Source: the human T2T-CHM13v2.0 reference genome, Homo sapiens. From it: a stretch of DNA of 64,000 nucleotides. The stretch spans positions 36,512,001 through 36,576,000 of the forward strand of contig CP068257.2 of NCBI GenBank assembly GCA_009914755.4. Direction: 5' to 3'. Made by a program: the position numbers and the translations under genes. This document shows positions 1 to 14,224 of this stretch, piece by piece (the stretch's first letter is position 1; every line of letters begins with the position of its first letter). The notes beneath the pieces were generated by a model. The model did no database searches. It was given only the letters and a program-made list of their open reading frames with translations, and was not told where the DNA came from.

Positions 1-792
1 AGCAGCACAAACAGACAGGACAGAAATACATGTAGGAGGAGACTGGCTTATTTGATTACAGAGAGCAAGGAGTCCCACCATCTGCTATCTGCAAGCTGGA
101 GAACCAGGAAAGCTGAGGGTTCAATTTAGTCTGAGTCTGAAGGCTTGGCAACCAAGGGAGCTGCTGATCTAAGTCCCGGAGTCCAAAGGCCCAGAACCAG
201 TAGCTCTGATGTCTGGGGGCCGAGGAAGATGAATGGACCAGTTCAAAAAGAGAGAGACAGAGAAGTCCTCCTCCCTCCACTTTTTTGGTCTATTCAGACC
301 CTCAATCAATTAGATGATGCCTGTCCACACTGGTGATGGTGGATCTTCTGATTCAAATGTGAATCTCTCTAACCATCATAGCTTCTAAGTTCCCACCTTT
401 CTTCCATCCTTGCCCCATCCCTTCTTCTCTAACCTCACCTTGTCTTCCCTTACCTCTATCCTTTCCTCTCTCTCCTGCATACATTTTGTGGAAAGCCTAT
501 GTATTAAGGGTAGACACAAGGCAAAATTGTTTCTCTGTTCATGGAACTTAGATACTACTGCACCAGCTACTGGAGAAAGTATTATGCACTTGCCAAGTAA
601 TACACAGGATTTTTGTCACTTATAAACACAACAAAGCTCAAAATCTACCATCATCATATTCTCCTTCTTGTCACTCAAAGTCACATCAAGAGGATGAATT
701 GATTTTGTCCTCAGGACACCTTGTCATGTCTCCCAACTTTCCTATATAACTGATGGTTGTTACTCCAGACTTTTATTAGATTATCTTCAGTG

Positions 793-1219
793 TTGTGGGT
801 TGAAATGCATCTTCCAAAAGATATGTTCAAGTCCTAACCCTGGGAATGGGACCTTATTTGGAAATAGGGTCTTTGTAGATATCATCAAGTAATGAGGTCT
901 TACTGGAGTAGGGTGAGCCCTAATGCAATGACTGGTATATTTATAAGAAGAGGAAGATTTAGACACAGACACACAGGGGGAGAAGGCCATGTGATGATTG
1001 AAGCAGAGTTGGAGTGTCTACAAGTCAAGCAATGCCAGCAATCACCAGAAGCTAGGCGGGAGGCACCCAACAGACTCTCCCTCACACCCCCCAGAAGGAA
1101 CCAACCCTGCAAATGCTTTCATATAGAAGGCCTCTCCAGAACTGTGAAGGACTTTCTCCTGTTTCAAGCCACCCAGTTAGTGGTGATTTGTTAAGGCAGC
1201 CCTAGGAAACTGGTACACC
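793..1219 (+). mobile_element. ERVL-MaLR-type solo LTR (MLT1/MST-like)
   Basis: MaLR LTR body motifs, ending ...ccagaactgtgaagg...gtttcaagccacccagttagtggtgatttgttaaggcagccctaggaaactggtacac. Family named from memory of the consensus. Confidence 0.5.
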
Positions 1220-2720
1220 CAGTCAGTGCAATAACTTTCAAATAGTTCTGCTTGCCTCCAACACTCACACTCCATCTGTTCCCATCCTTGATTACTGTGG
1301 CATTCTGCACATGGCACTCAAAGCTGGGTCAATGTGAGCCAAGAGAACTCAGGAAAGGAGAGACATAAGAGAGAAGAAGACCCTGGAGAGAGAGGTTTTG
1401 AGACTGGAAAGTAATCATATAAGCCATTGGATACTTGCAGAAATCTTGGGGTGGTCGCTGAACTTCCCCCAGAGCATGGGATGGGGGAATTCAAAGGACA
1501 GAGAGGCTTCTGTTGCCTTCTGCATGATGTATAAGAAATCTCATTGAATCCTCTCTGCCACTGCATGGGCTGGAACTACTACCTGCACATACAGTTAGGA
1601 AGCTGAGGCTCTGTGGGGTTATCTCTTGCTTAAGAATGACCGACTGGACTGACAAAGTTCAGCCATAGAATTAGAGCCCAAGATATCCTGCTCTATAATG
1701 AGTATTCTTCCTTACCACCCTTATATCTCTAAATCAACAAACTGGGTTATTTGTTTCTCTTGGCCCTGACTTGCTATTTACCTATCTGGATTTCCTTCTC
1801 TTTCCCTCTGCACCTGGTCAAAAGCTGCTCATCCTTCAAAGTCCAGTTTAAATTTAATTGTCTCTATATAAATGTTCCTGAGCACCTTAGCCTGAAGAGA
1901 CATGAATCAGTCCCACTGAACAAGACTAACTGACATGCATATAATTTAATTTGCACAATTGAACACCTGCTGTGTTGTTTCTTCAATTATGGGCTTGGTC
2001 TCTTTGCATCTTTTGTTCTGAGTTATTTTTTTCACACTGTTGTAAGCTCCTTGGGCAGAGTCCATAATTTATACATCTTTGTATACCTAGTGGGTCTCAG
2101 AACAGTTCCTTGCACACACAAAAAATGAGGCAAAATGAAGTCAGATGTCTTGGTTCTCAATACAGTCATCTGTTCTGGAGTTGTTAAGTGTAGGATATCG
2201 AATGCTTTTCTTAAACTTCCTGGTCTCTGTCTCCTCTTCTTTGACAGTAGGGGTTTGAACCAGCGAATGTCAGTTTCCTTCAGCTCTGTTGGACTGGGGC
2301 ACTGCTCCTTTAGCTTAGGGACACATGCCGGGAAGAGGGAATGTGGGACTCCTCTGGCCCAATTTCCAGGCACCTGGGGCCCCAGCAAGCTTACCTTGTC
2401 AGATTCATCAGATGGTTGGACTGTAGGCATGACCTTGGTGTTCCTTGCAGGAAACAAAGGCCAGGTGTGATGCTGGCAGTGTGTCTGTGTGTCTCAGGAG
2501 TCTCTCTGATGTTCCGTCTGAACTACATGTCGGGAGATGCCAGATCTCATCCGACAGATCAAGCCACATGTGCCCAGAAAGGCTTTTGGCGACATCACAT
2601 TCACTTAGGAGCTGTGGTCCATAGGGGGCTGGGGTATGATATTCTGAATGGTGACGGAAATAAGTGTTCTTATTCTTGTTTACAGTGCCTTTTTGGGAAA
2701 ATGGGTGAAATAAGGTTCTG

Positions 2721-2752
2721 TGTGAGTGTGCATGTGCGTGTGTGTGTGTTGA
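2721..2752. repeat. GT/GC-rich low-complexity tract
   Basis: gtgtgagtgtgcatgtgcgtgtgtgtgtgttg. Confidence 0.6.
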
Positions 2753-3644
2753 AGTAGGGCTGGAATGGAAACATGGGGGGAAGGATATTTGAAGCTCTGT
2801 AGTACCGTTCCTTATTGAAGTAACACCCCTCGCCTAAGTATAAACTTGTGGATGGCTTCCCCAGTGCAAGTTTATAAGTTTGTAAACCCCAGGCTCTGCA
2901 GATTAGATGTATGGGCAACTGAATTTTTTTACACAAGCAGAGAAATTTTAAGAAATTTAAAGCATAATCATGTACACCCAAATGCTGGTGGTTTGTGCTG
3001 GCTTAAGAAGCAAGAATATTCCTTTGGTTGGTGTAGCATTTCTCTTTACTGAACAGCATTAAAATAGCAACAACCGACTATACACTTCAGAGAGAACCAT
3101 CTAGACATGGAGAGAAAAGAATCAATCTTGTTTGTAGGTAGCAATGTCTGGTAGTATCCATAAAATATAACAGCCAAGGAAATTTCAAGGGAGTGGAGCA
3201 ATGGAGATTTTGTGCTTAAAGAGGGATCAATTAATTGGCAATCATGTACAACTCTAGGTATAATTATATAGAAAACAGGCAACATGAGATCATTTATTTA
3301 TTTTTATGAGGGAATAATTTTATTTTATGCTCATTTTACTGAGGCTAATTTCTTCTTATTCTAAGAAGTAAATGTGAACATGCCTATTGTGCATTTGCAA
3401 AGGAAATTCAAACATTGTCTTTGTTTCAGAAGCAAATGCTGTAAATGTTGCTATTTCAGAATGACTTTTATCATAGTTATAGATGTTCTCATTTATTTGC
3501 AAATACATTTAAAGTGACAAAAAAGGAATACTTGGGGATTTAAATAGCATGTTTTCAACTTTAACTGCATACTGTATTTAGAATTTAAAGGGGATCTCTG
3601 ATCTTTGTTTTCTCATACGTTCCACTTGAGGCCACATTATTCTA

Positions 3645-3876
3645 GGGCAGTGGTCCTAATCCACAGATTTTAGTCTCTTTTCCCCACCCCTCCAGGGCAC
3701 ATCTGGCAGTGTCTGGGGGCATTTTGATTATCACAATAGGGAGGGTCCCCTAGTACAGGATTCTAGTAGGTAAAGGCCAGAGCTGCTGCTAGACAGCCTA
3801 AAACACACAGGACGGTTCCCATCTACAAAGAATAATCCAGTCCAAAATGTCAGGAGTACTGAAATGGAGAAACCCT
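3645..3876 (+). mobile_element. hAT-like MITE, family A, copy 1
   Basis: Starts cagtggtcctaatcc and ends ggagaaaccctg (TIR-like). The internal ...ggccagagctgctgctagacagcctaaaacacacaggac... is shared with the copies at 39234 and 44095. Confidence 0.4.
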
Positions 3877-5544
3877 GCTCAAAAAAAAAAAAAGAAAGAA
3901 ATTTTATTTCCTTCTTACAATAATCCATAGTTAATCTCTGAGCCCCATTTTGTCCACAACAGCATGGTGTCGTGACCTAAAGGTATATCTCAAAAGAATC
4001 TCTCATTCTTATCAGTGCAGAATAGAGAAATTGTGTGCAGCCTACGTGTGATTTGTCACTTTAGTACTCTGTGGTAGGTTATTTGACATTTCATGCTTCA
4101 TAGTCTGAAATGCCCTCTCTTAGTATACCCATCTGACATTTTCGAGAGACTAATGTTTGCCTAAGAGTGCTTAAACGATGGCCAGATTTTACTCTGAGTG
4201 ATACTACCCCCTGGAAGTGGGGGGAAAAAAAGAAGGAGGGAAAAAAGTTAAGTTTTCATTCTAAACATCTTCAAAGCTTGATTGGCTTTAATAAGGTATC
4301 ATTAATTAATTCAACAGCTAAGAAGGGACTGCAAGTGTTAAAAATCACGGCTGTCAAATGTTATGGCATCTGGGAGCCCTAGTGGTTGGTTACTTAACAT
4401 GATATTTTAGGACAATTCTACTCTGCTTAAGCATAATAAACCGGAAAGACATGAACAAATGTCCCAACTGCTTCCCTTTCTACTCCCACCCCCTGCTCTG
4501 GAAAGAAGCCCTAACACCTCTAATACCACACCACTCTAAAATAAACCCAAATGTTGCACTTATTTTACTGCTATGCATTGAGCATTATTATTTGGAGATG
4601 CTCTATGCTGCTTCATTAAAGATCTTTCATACGGGGTGGGGAAACTGAGCCACAGGGGATGATTAAAAGAAGGAAGAAGTCAGATGACTTCGGATTCTGT
4701 TGGCTCCTGACTAGAGAACACCTTAGGAAAAGCAATCCTTCATCTGCAGCACACAGAAGAAACCACATTCCGAACTTCTCGGTGATGAGCCCCGTTTCCT
4801 AACAGTGTGAGGTTAATGAACCTCCTTATTTTTGGCAGGGTGAGGAAGTGGCAAGCAGAAAAACCTATCAAAGGGAGCCCAGTTCCAAGGCTTTAATTGC
4901 TTAGGTGACTATTAAGAAAAGAGCCCCCTTCTTTCACAGCAGAAGGATACAGTTCTCTGTTCCCAAATCTGGCAGCTATTCCTCAATTATAGAAAGAAGA
5001 AGGAAATTAAAATGTGATGGATTAAATAAGAGGGTGAACCGGTACTTATTTCCTAACTAGAAATTACCATTTTTGTGCTTTTAAATTGATAATTATCAGC
5101 ACCATACTTTATTCACTTTTGTCATAAGGTCCTTCCTTTTAATTAAAATTGAGATGCTTCACATTTCTTGCGTTCCCTTAAGAAAATCTTTCAAGTGTTT
5201 AAGTCCCTGATATTGGAAAGCTTTAATTACAGCATAGAAAAAGAAGAGTGGAAAGAGCTGGGGCGGGGGGATGTGTCCCTTCATTTCCCGTGAACATGAT
5301 CACACTGGGAACTCAGGGAGGTCCAGTGCATTTGTCAACTTGCCAAACATTATGTTCATTAAAGGCCAGAAAGTATCCCTGGGGGGTGGATACACTTGAG
5401 CTCATTTCCAATCATTTTACCTGCTCTGCCTCATTTCAGAGCCCAGTCAGATCATTACCAGACTTCTCACATTGTCCTAAAAAAATGCATTAAAATTAAG
5501 TCACAACAGACATCCAGGTTTGCACCTGTATCTCACACCTGTGA

Positions 5545-5960
5545 GGATCGCTTTTATATTGAAATAAGACAAGGTTCTCCAGAGAAACAGAATATATATA
5601 TATATATATGTATGTATTACCACACACGCATATATATATGTATGTATACATATATGTATATATACACGTTTTAAATTTTATTAAAAATTTTAAATATATT
5701 TATTTTAAGAAATTGTCTTGTGTGATTGTAGGGGCCGGCAAGTTCAAAATCTGTAAGTCAGGTCAGCAGGCTGAAAACTTAGGCAGAAGTTAATGCTACT
5801 GTCTTGAGGCAGAATTTGTTTTTTTTGTTTGTTTGTTTTGTTTTTTTTTTCAGGAAACCTCAGTTTTTGCTCTGAAGGCCTTCAGCTGACTGAATGAGGG
5901 CCATGCACATGATCCAGTTATCAAGGAGAATCTCTTTACTTAAAGTCAGCTGAGTAAATT
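5545..5960 (-). mobile_element. ERVL-MaLR-type LTR (MLT1-like) with internal microsatellite, antisense
   Basis: ctccagagaaacagaa + (TA/TG)n, then ...ggccggcaagttcaaaatctgtaagtcaggtcagcaggctg...tgaaggccttcagctgactgaatgagggcc. Same family as 20620-21118 and 54375-54790. Confidence 0.5.
5588..5672. repeat. (TA)n/(TATG)n/(CA)n compound microsatellite
   Basis: atatatatatatatgtatgtattaccacacacgcatatatatatgtatgtatacatatatgtatatatac. Confidence 0.9.
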
Positions 5961-6540
5961 GTCTAAAAAATACCTCCACAGCACCTAGATGAGTTTGATG
6001 ACATAACTGTGTATTATATAGCCTAGCCAAGTTAATACATAAAACTCATCATCACAGGCATCAAGCTCAAATGTTAGGGTTTGCAGTGGACTAATGCATA
6101 CTTAAGTACCTAGATGACACCCAGAAGGGACAAAAGCCCTGAGCTTCCCCACTCAGCATGCTGCCACCTCCATACCCATGTTGACTCTCTTTCTGTTTTC
6201 AGGTTGTAACCCACGTATTCTGGTTCTGACCTGCTCTATTTTCTCTTTATCCTCCTGGAGCAGGAGTGAAGTAGCAAGTATGTTGAGTCATAGGACAGAT
6301 TTCACTATTCCTTGAATGCTGACAGAACTCAGAGTCTTATGTCTCATGATTTTCCACTTGATTTCCATTTCTATGCTTTGGGTAATGAGGTTTAACTTGC
6401 CTCTCCATTGGGAATACAGATTCCTGGAAGGTAGAGAATCTTATTTTCTGTGTATAGAGTTCATAGTTAGGTTTCAGGTGATATTCAGAAAATACATTCA
6501 GAATTTTAGAGATGTATGGAGTTGTGAAACTAGCAAAATA

Positions 6541-6835
6541 TTAATCATTCTTTTGACACAGAGCCTCACTTTGTCACCCAGGCTGGAGTGCAGTAGCATG
6601 ATCTCCACTCACTGCACCCTCCGCCTCCCAGGTTCAAGTGATTCTCCTGCCTCAGCCTCCTGAGTAGCTGGGATTATGGGTGCCTGCCACCACGCTTGAC
6701 CAATTTTTGTATTTGTAGTAGAGATGGGGTTTGCCATGTTGGCCAGGCTGGTCTTGAACTCCTGACCTCAAGTGATCCACTCACCTTGGCCTCCAAAAGT
6801 GCCGGGATTACAGGCCTGAGCCACAACACTCTGCC
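6541..6835 (-). mobile_element. Alu (AluS-like), antisense
   Basis: ...gagcctcactttgtcacccaggctggagtgcagt...ggcctccaaaagtgccgggattacaggcctgagccac; the reverse-complemented A-tail is at the left end. Confidence 0.95.
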
Positions 6836-6895
6836 TAATCATTCATTTTAAGTGATTAAATCATCCATTCATCTACTTTTAGTACATCCTACATC

Positions 6896-6951
6896 CTTTT
6901 TCCTTCCTTCCTTCCTTCCTTCCTTCTTTTCATCCATCCGTCCATCCATCG
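6896..6951. repeat. (TCCT)n followed by (CATC)n
   Basis: tccttccttccttccttccttccttc...catccatccgtccatccatc. Confidence 0.9.
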
Positions 6952-7484
6952 ATTATTAATTCAATAAATATTTACTGTTTTCCTTCTTTTAAGAGGTGTA
7001 TGACCTAAACTAAGAGGTATGGAGTTTAAATGACTTGTGGAAAATTAGAATGTTTTATTCTCTCGTTTCCCACAAGTCATTTATATAGTTGCTAAAATTT
7101 AGTAACTGCAATAAAAATACATGATTCCGGACAACATATTCTCATTTTACTTACTTCTAATATTGATATCAGATTGGTTCTCCTGCCTCTGAGTCTCAGT
7201 TGAGATCAGAAAGCGGTGATAACAGCTCATTGGGAATTGGCCATTTGCAACCAAAGTTTGTGATATAGTTGGGACAACTAACTGAATAACTGGGTCACAA
7301 TAGGAGACATCTTAAATTACTAAAGCTACATGATTTTGGAAAGTCTGGTTTCATTTATTTAACTAAACTACCAGTAATACCTTATGTTTCCAACTTTGGT
7401 TTTTGTCAGTTGAGATCTGGCTTAATATCCCTCATGGAAAAGATGGACAATTTAGGCAAAAAGTATTTATAAAGATAAAGTTTA

Positions 7485-7800
7485 GGCAGGGCACAGTGGC
7501 TCACGCCTGTAATCCCAGCACTTTGGGAGGCTGAGTCAGGCAGTTCACGAGGTCAGGAGTTCAAGACCAATCTGGCCAACATAGTGAAACCCCACCTCTA
7601 CTAAAAATACAAAAAATTAGCTGGGTGTGGTGGTGTGCACCTGTAATCCCAGCTACTCGGGAGGCTGAAGCAGGAGAATCACGTGAACCCAAGAGGCGGA
7701 GTTACAGTGAGCTGAGATAGCACCATTGTACTCCAGCCCGGGCAACAGTGTGAGACTCTGTCTCAAAAAATAAATAAATAAACAAACAAACAAACAAAGT
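7485..7800 (+). mobile_element. Alu (sense) with (AAAT)n/(CAAA)n tail
   Basis: ggcagggcacagtggctcacgcctgtaatcccagcactttgggaggctgag...ctctgtctcaaaaaataaataaataaacaaacaaacaaacaaag. Confidence 0.95.
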
Positions 7801-8756
7801 TTAAAGAAGAAGTGTATATTTATGTATTATTTAATTAACACATGCACCAACCGTACAACTGCCTTCAGAAAGTACCTTTCTGACAAAATTAGAATAAAGG
7901 AGACATAGTGGGTAGGGAGGAGAGGGGTTAGGTGGGTAAATTTAGGCTATGCCAAATAAAAATGGGGCCCCTAGGAGTGGGGTGCCTAGGACTAGCATTG
8001 GCAGAAACCACTGGAGCCTCGAGCCAGCATCCTTTTGCTGAGGCCTCTGCATAGTTGATAGAGCAGTCCCAAAGATGTAAATGGAGCAATTAGATATCAT
8101 TCAATTTATAGTGCTCTTGGCAAGAAAAAGATCTTTCAGAATTCTTCATCTGCCCTAGGCAAACCTTTAGAGGCTCTCCTCTTGCTTATTCACACTTGTG
8201 GCAATTTTCCAAGAAGAAATTCCACTAAAAAGAGTCTATTTTTTAATCCAAATTGAGCAAATGGGGAAGTAGTCTAGGATGATGGTAGGAGTTGAAATTC
8301 TGGTGTCAGACTGCCAGAGTGCAAAAACCTGGCCCAGGCCTCCCTCCTGTCTACTAAGCAGGAAGGGGGAGGATGTGAAGAGGTGGTGGTTGGGGGTTGG
8401 TTTACCTTGGCTAAGCTGCTCCTCTAAGCTTCCACATTCCCACTTGTAAAATAGAGTAATAACAGTCCTTACTTGGCAAAGTGGTTAGAAGGACTAGATG
8501 AGCCACTTCTGAAGAAGTGCTCAGTGCATAGTAAGCAAGAGAAATGATAACTGTTGTTCACATGTGTACAGTGAATGGGACTATTACATGACCATCACAT
8601 CAATGATAATTACATTTCCATTATTTTTCCTTTTAACTCATAATACCTTTGGGTATTTAGCTGGAATGCAGCATATTTTACTAAATGGATACAGTAGAAT
8701 GCTCCATTTAATAATGATATCTACTTTGTTTTCTTGTCCTCAAATCAAAGGGACCC

Positions 8757-8868
8757 GAGTGCAGTGGTCCAGCTATTCAGGAGGCTGAGGTAGGAGGATA
8801 GTTTGAGCCCAGGAATTTGAGGTTAGCCTGGGCAATATAGCAAGACCCTATCTCTAAAAAAAATCAAA
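8757..8868 (+). mobile_element. Partial Alu (right-arm fragment)
   Basis: gggacccgagtgcagtggtccagctattcaggaggctgaggtaggaggatagtttgagcccaggaatttgaggttagcctgggcaatatagcaagaccctatctctaaaaaaaa. Confidence 0.75.
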
Positions 8869-9049
8869 TGGAGAAAACTATTGGTCCATATTCTATGTTA
8901 TAGACAAGATACAAAAGACAAACTCAGATTAATGCAAGTTAACCAACTCTATAAAAATTCATAGAATTTTATTATTATTTAAACTGCCTTTTCTACCACT
9001 GCTATATTTGTTGACTCTGCCTAGGCATGCTTTAAAAATTCCATAAACA

Positions 9050-9342
<293 letters not shown>

Positions 9343-9884
9343 TCATTACTAGATATCCATCAACATTGGGAGAGAATCTAAAGCAACTTATCCCCCATTC
9401 TTTTACCCAGCTGTATTTTCTGCTAAGCCACCTATCTCAATCTGAGATTATATTACACATTTAAAATTTTCTGGTTTATCATCCCTTCCTAAAATGCATA
9501 CCTGAGGAGGGTGGGGACTCATTTGGTCTTGCTTACCAGTGAGCCTCTGGTGGACTGATAACACTCCATAAATACATGTAGAATGAATGTCAAGTAAATA
9601 AATTCAGAAAATGGGCATTTATGTTTCTAAGTTGAATATGTATTCACAATTTCAGTTAATACCCACTTGCTTTTATTATTTATCTTGTGAGATATGACAT
9701 TTCCAATGCAAGCCTTGCCCTACTGAAACCATCATTTGCTGAATGTGTAATTTTCATCAAACTGTACTTTAATATTAATCAAAATGAAAAGAATCCTCTT
9801 CTAAATATTTGTTGACCTTGAGCTTATATCATGTTTGCATAATGAGATTTAAGTAGAACATACTTTAAGGTGCAAAGAGATATT

Positions 9885-10700
9885 TTTTCATATTCTGTGT
9901 TACAAACAAGACACAATAGATAAACTCAGATTAATCCAAGAAACAAAAATAAAAAAATGAAAGATCAAGAAAAAGCTGTTTTTTTAAAAGATTAACAAAA
10001 TGCACAAGCCCTTGGTGTGATTATCCCAGAAAAAAAATAGGACATAAAGAAATAATATTAAGAATGAAAAAAGTTATCTAATACAGGATTAGTAAAGATT
10101 TTTAATATCACAAGAGAACATAATTTTGATAAATTTAAATCTTAGTTTAGACAATTTTCTAGCAATTATAATTTTACAAAACTAACTCAAGAAGAAATAA
10201 AAATGTGAATAAACTACTAATTGTCAAAATATTATATACAAACTCGTTCTAAGCCTAGAAAAAAAACTGGGAGAAGTCCTCAACTTATTCTATATGGTTA
10301 ATATAACCTAGATACCAAAGTTTAAATCTCTTTTTTTGAATTATATGAATTTTATGAAAAATTCTAAATAAAGCATTCATAAATTGAATATTTTAAAACC
10401 CCAGATACATCATGACTCAGGGATGAGGCTTGACTTGACACAGAAGAATCTACTAATGCAATTCACTACATTAATAGAGAAATGTAGAGACACCATATGA
10501 TCACCTCAAAAAGTGCCAAAAAGGCAATAAAATTCAATAGTTATGGCTTGTAAAAACCGGAAGTAAACTAAAAACAGATGGAGACTTTTTCATCTGATAA
10601 AGGATATCCACCAAAAACAAAAATAAAAACAAACATAAAACAAGTAAACACCTACAAATCTACTGTGAATTTCTCCCTCTGTGGCTACAGATGAGTAAGT
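9885..10700 (+). mobile_element. Old L1 (L1M-type) ORF2 fragment
   Basis: A-rich sequence colinear with L1 ORF2, e.g. ...acaaaactaactcaagaagaaataaaaat... and ...atgcaattcactacattaatagagaaatgtagagacaccatatgatcacctcaaaaagtgccaaaaaggcaataaaattcaatag. Confidence 0.5.
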
Positions 10701-12494
10701 GCAGGGTCTTTGGCAGCTAATAGATCTGGAGGAGCCCTTGTCCTTTTATAGGACTTAGAACTTTAAGTACAAAAGTTCCAAATAAGTTTGACGGAACAAA
10801 TAGGCACCAGCTTGGGCAAAAAAAAAAAAAAAACAAAACTGAGCCTTCATCACAACCATCTTGGATTACTGAGCAGGAATCCTATACAAGATAATTTTTT
10901 TAAAAAGATAAAACAACAACTCATATAATGTTTAAATAAACACATATTAAAGATTTAGCCCATTCGTTAATGAGGGAACCAAGATCTTACAGTCAATTCA
11001 AAGAAGAATTCAAAACACATAGGCACACACATACGAAATAAGAAATGCTGAAATAAATTTATAAATAAATGCAAAATTAGTCAATATTTCCAGGGCAATT
11101 GTGAACTACATCTCCACTGGGTACAATTTGTTTGAGTTTTTATCGGCAGGAACCAGTTGGATGACAGTTTTTGTGGAGGTGTGAAGTAGCTCAAAGACAA
11201 CAAAAGGCAGAGCCCATGCAGAAGGTACCACCCCACCATCCGCTTGCCCATTTTAACATCTTTCACAATTTCTGTTAACAGTTTAAATTATATTTTGATG
11301 TTGATCTCTTTTAAATACTTGATTAGGGAATAATTTTCTTTATTCTCTGATGTTGCTGACGCTTGGCTTAATAAAGAGTTTTTATTTTCTTATTTCTCTT
11401 TAAAACGTGAAATCAGTGGAGCCATATGCCAGTGTCAGTTAGATATGTCTATGGAAAGTCAGACCACACTCCTGTTGGGCCCCAGCTGGCTTACCTCAAT
11501 TGCTAGCAAAATGCTTGCAAGGAAAATGTGGAGACAGCCTAAGCTACAGAAACCATCTTGCTTTTTTTCTGATAACATAAGTTTTCAAAGCAATATTTAA
11601 ACAAAAGACAACATGTTTTTTCCCCAAGTAAATATCTACAGCCTTCCTCCCAGCCTGTCTTACTCCCAAATCATGTCCTTGTTATTTGCAGGTATCCAAA
11701 TGTCTGCATGTGGGAGCATTCCTTGTGGATTAGGGTGTTAGTGTCTAGGAGTCTCCTCTTTTATGAAATGCAAACATTCTTTGAGCACAATTGCAACATC
11801 AGCTGTGATATTTACCTAAATGTTTCCCAAGGATAAGTGGCTTACGTCAGAGCCCTGAGGCTACAGGATGTAGGGTTTGACCAGCAAGAGATTTGAGGGC
11901 AGGTAGGTATCCCATGAGAAAAAAAGTATCAGAGACACAACAGCATTATCCCAGGACATGAGGTCCTGGAGGTTAGAGGCAGCCCACAAGAAAGCAGTGA
12001 TCCCAAAAAGAGACAGGAAGGTGCTAACGACAAAACTCATCTTTGTGTCTACTCCCAGGCTGATCCGTGATTACCAAAATGATCCAGTCCACAATTTCCA
12101 ATGCTGAAGACAGAGGAAAGATTTGGGGCTGAGAGTGATCTATGTTGTTTGTTTATATACAAGACATTAGGTACCCTGGGCCATTGACCTCATAGAGAAC
12201 AGGCAGCATTTGTTGTCTGCCAACTCTGGATTCTGCAGGCATCAAAGGATTAGACTCTCATAATGAAATCAGCCCTTTAAGCTACTCGGAAGACTTACGA
12301 TAGGGATCACTACCCAGATTAATTTGCTACCAAATAGAGAATGAGAGGCCAAGATAAACAAAAGAGAGCAGCCAGCTGGTAGGGTTTGAAAAAAAAAATG
12401 CAAGCCATTCATTTTCCTTTTGTTCTTGTATTTCCAATTGAATTATGATGGCTCATCTTTTCTAACCTGATATGAGCTGAATTTTTTATGATTT

Positions 12495-12800
12495 AAATTT
12501 GCTCATTATATTTCTATTGCAGAGTGGTTCTCTGAAGAACGAGCCTGTTGCTGGCTGTCAGGGTGTCATGATGGTATTGCGCAAATCCTCGAGGCAGCTT
12601 TCCAGGGCTGCTGTCAGCCTGCTCATGCCCTTTAGCCACTGGGCAGTAAACGAGGATCTCTAGGACTGAATACATAATTTGAGGGGGTTCTGTGCAAAAT
12701 GAAAATGCAAGGTACCTTGTAAAAAATAAGACTTTCATCAGAGCAACAGGGAGCTTCTGGGTCCAGGCCTCAGGCCACACACCCATGAAGTTGACCCTGG
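12495..12800 (+). mobile_element. LTR-like fragment (possibly ERVL LTR33/MLT2-like)
   Basis: Motif gggggttctgtgcaaaatgaaaatgcaaggtacc. The same motif occurs reverse-complemented at 33740-33775. CpG-retaining. Confidence 0.3.
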
Positions 12801-12969
12801 GGGTCTCAGTGATGGGATAAGCAAATCCTTTCCCACAGCAATTACATAAACTGTCTTGCCAGGGACTGAAGGCTTACAACTTGGGAGTCAGATACACTTT
12901 GTAGCTCAGAAAGCTGACTTTAATAAAAGTAGTGTACCTAGAAGACAGCTGTTTATTTGTAGAGGTGGC

Positions 12970-13349
12970 TTGATATGTTTTGAATTTGTGTCCCTACCCA
13001 AATATCATGTCAAATTGTCATCCCTAATGTTGGAGGAGGGGCCTGGTGAGAGGTGATTGGATCACAGGGAGGGACTTCCCCTTGCTTTTCTCTCAATAAT
13101 GAGTTCTCACAAGATCTGGTTCTTCAAAAGTGTGTGGCACCTCCCCTACTCTCTCTTTCTCCTTCTCCGGCCATGCAAGACATATCTGCTTCTCCTTCAC
13201 CTTCCACTATGATTGTAAGTTCCCTGAGGCCTCCCCAGCCATGCTTCTTATACAGCCTGTGGAACTGTGAATCAACTAAACCTCTTTTCTTTATAAATTA
13301 CCTAGTCCCTGTTAGTTCTTTATAGCAATGCGAGAATGGACTAATACAT
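12970..13349 (+). mobile_element. THE1/MST-type MaLR solo LTR
   Basis: tgatatgttttgaatttgtgtccctacccaaatatcatgtcaaattgtcatccc...gtggaactgtgaatcaactaaacctcttttctttataaattacctagtccc...gcgagaatggactaatacat. Confidence 0.8.
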
Positions 13350-14224
13350 GGCTTTACCTTAGATTTCTTGGAATCTGTAAGTTGATCCAAATTGCTTGAT
13401 GAATGTATTCTCTAGGGATCCATGTGAATCTCTCTTTGAGAAGATTTTTCTCTTGTGGCTTCACTTAGAGTCTATCTACCTTTACATAGGTGCATTTATA
13501 TTGAGGTGATTGATTATTTGGGTAACAGCTCCATGTATACTATGATATTTATAGGGGCCCCATTTGTATTAGGGTTTGTAATTCTGTCAGCATGAAGCAA
13601 TCATTTCAACGGACAATATTTAATTTTTAATGTAGGATTTATCTAACCAGGTTCTGCAGAGGTGTTCTTGGGGTGCTCCAGTGCTCAAGTTAGGAAAACG
13701 CTGCTTTAGGTCTAAGTCAGGTTCGAATCAAAGGTTTTGAGGTCTTAGTGATTAATAAGTTCTGTGCCCCTTCTAATGACGGTATGTAAGTCCAAATGCC
13801 ATATGCAAATCAAATCTTTGAAGGAATTGATAGAAAATGGCAATCTTCATTCAGATAAGATTTAGCCTAGTGGTTAAAAAAAAATTCCAAATAACCAAAT
13901 ATTGAGGAATAATAATGTAGCAACAACAACAGTTTTGAGTACTCACAGCATGACAGATACTTTTGGTGTATTTTTCCAGTCCTGTGAGATAGGTCCTTGT
14001 TGATCCTCCATTTTGCAGATGAGAAAAATGAAGCAAGAAGGATTCAGTAACTCACCCACGTCTCCAGGCAGCAGGAGGCAGAAGTCAAATTTAATTCCCC
14101 AGAATCTGACTCTAAAGCAAGTGCTTTACCCTCTCAATTTCATTTCTCTACACACTTGTGCTGGAAAATGCATGAAAGTTTGCATGATTTCACACTTTCA
14201 CATGAGCATGAAGATCAGAATTTA

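Noticed and set aside
2032-2470. Overlapping 141-aa (-) and 111-aa (+) ORFs
   Set aside because: Mutually antisense overlapping ORFs in non-repeat DNA, with no conservation cues, splice sites or family resemblance. Typical random ORFs in GC-moderate human sequence.
3881-3893. A13 run directly after MITE copy 1, considered as evidence that the element is a SINE/retroposon
   Set aside because: The element has TIR-like ends shared with two other copies that lack A-tails. The A-run is more likely a coincidental homopolymer.
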